Below the pieces are notes generated by a model, which was given only the letters and a program-made list of their open reading frames with translations, searched no databases and was not told the origin of the DNA. Below, piece after piece: positions 63,007 to 64,000 of a stretch of DNA of 64,000 nucleotides; position 1 is the stretch's first letter; each line of letters opens with the position of its first letter. The DNA comes from an uncultured Omnitrophica bacterium (GTDB lineage Bacteria > Omnitrophota > Gorgyraeia > JACQQV01). The translations under genes were made by a program, and so were the position numbers. Where the stretch lies: contig CAMTXH010000006.1 of assembly GCA_947085655.1 (NCBI GenBank), positions 70,498-134,497 on the forward strand, read 5' to 3'.

Positions 63007-64000
63007 AAGAGATCGGAACCCTCCTTGAATTGAAGAATGAAAATGTGTTCAAAGTGAGAGCCTATTACAACGCCGCCCGGACGATCGAAGGGCTTTCCGA
63101 AGATCTGGAAACACTCGTTAAGGAAAAACGCCTCCGGGAAATAAAGGGGGTGGGGGAAGGGCTTTCGGAGAAAATTACGGAACTTGTCACGACTGGAAAA
63201 TTGAAATATTACGACTCACTCAAAAAGAGTCTCCCCGCGGGCCTTCTGGAGATGCTCGATATCCCCGGCCTCGGCCCCAAAAAGGCAAAAAAACTCCATG
63301 ACGAACTGGGGCTGAAATCGATCGGGGAACTGGAGTATGCCTGCAAGGAGAACCGTCTCCTCGAGTTGGAGGGGTTTGGCGAAAAATCGCAGGCCAAGAT
63401 CCTCGACGGTATCCGTTTCATCAAAAAACACCACGAATACCATCTCTATCCGGAGGCGTTTGAGGCGGCAGAGGAGATCTTTGACGCGCTCAAAAAGGAC
63501 AAAACGATCCGGCGGATCAGCATGGCAGGGAGTCTCCGGAGGAGAAAAGAGATCATCCGCGATGTTGATTTTGTTGTTTCCACGAAAGATCCGGAGTCGG
63601 TCGTCAAACGCTTCACTTCCCTCCCCTCCGTTGAAACCGTCCAGCAGAAAGGCGAAACCAAGGCAAGTATCCTTCTCAAATCGGGTGTTCAGGCAGACCT
63701 CCGGGTTGTTTCGGATAATGAATTTCCCTATGCCCTTCACCACTTCACCGGGAGCAAAGAACACAATATCGCCATGCGCGCACGGGCCCAGCGGATGGGC
63801 TATAAGATGAACGAATACGGCCTCTTCAAAGGAAAAAAATTGATTCCCTGTAAAGATGAGGAGGAGATTTTCAAAAAATTGGGGCTTTCCTATATCCCTC
63901 CGGAACTCCGGGAAGACATGGGCGAAATTCAGGCGGCGGAAAAAGGGAAACTTCCCCGTCTCGTTCAGCCGAAAGAGATCCAGGGCGTTTTTCACGTCCA
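62976..64000 (+). CDS. polX: DNA polymerase X family protein (partial, runs off right edge)
   Basis: Manual translation gives ...LLELKNENVFKVRAYYNAARTIE... (PolX N-terminal HhH region) and ...VDFVVS... The probable TTG start at 62976 overlaps the elbB 3' end. No stop within the window. Confidence 0.75.
   Translation, partial: MDKKEVASVLEEIGTLLELKNENVFKVRAYYNAARTIEGLSEDLETLVKEKRLREIKGVGEGLSEKITELVTTGKLKYYDSLKKSLPAGLLEMLDIPGLGPKKAKKLHDELGLKSIGELEYACKENRLLELEGFGEKSQAKILDGIRFIKKHHEYHLYPEAFEAAEEIFDALKKDKTIRRISMAGSLRRRKEIIRDVDFVVSTKDPESVVKRFTSLPSVETVQQKGETKASILLKSGVQADLRVVSDNEFPYALHHFTGSKEHNIAMRARAQRMGYKMNEYGLFKGKKLIPCKDEEEIFKKLGLSYIPPELREDMGEIQAAEKGKLPRLVQPKEIQGVFHV

Overview
This ~64 kb window looks like chromosomal DNA from a GC-rich diderm (Gram-negative-type) bacterium, with about 90% of genes on the minus strand in tight, often overlapping operons. 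LptE, a BamD-like TPR protein, MurJ and HldD all indicate an outer membrane and LPS. Phylum placement is uncertain. Giant genes are typical of some candidate phyla such as Omnitrophota, but that link is inference only.

The housekeeping backbone includes prfB (running off the left edge, with the classic programmed +1 frameshift site CTT TGA C), uvrC, murJ, rpsT, holA, lptE, a competence/pilus set (pilZ-domain protein, comEC, comEA, pilT), leuS, accA, an L,D-transpeptidase, mnmE-folC-purH-pabC-pabB, ychF, gpmA, ogg, dcd, a DUF885 protein, rluA-family, SDR/MDR/AKR oxidoreductases, cobO, hldD, nth, elbB and polX (running off the right edge).

Four regions stand out as non-routine:
1. A three-gene operon of paralogous signal-peptide proteins (12539-25569). 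It includes a 2,968-aa mosaic giant protein carrying an N-module shared with the 862-aa protein (possibly Tiki/TraB/ChaN-like), a LmbE/PIG-L-like deacetylase segment, a long coiled-coil, left-handed beta-helix repeats and a PP2C-like phosphatase segment. The 862-aa and 503-aa proteins in turn share a separate C-module, so the three genes recombine two modules.
2. tRNA-Ala(GGC) and tRNA-Leu(CAA) are each followed by a copy of the same ~107-bp GC-rich element. Each copy ends in a duplicate of the 3' end of its own tRNA.
3. A small accessory island (43.5-46.5 kb) holds a DUF4143-type AAA ATPase and a HEPN/MNT toxin-antitoxin pair. It is bounded by GGGACTGTCCC palindromic repeats and by duplications of the 3' tails of the flanking ATP-grasp-like and kamA genes.
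4. A cluster of kamA (lysine 2,3-aminomutase) plus two tandem Ddl-like ATP-grasp ligases plus an ArsR regulator.

Several operator/promoter palindromes and one YkgJ(CxxCxxCC)-DUF2156 fusion gene are also noted. All functional calls rest on recognised sequence motifs in the supplied translations; no database searches were run.
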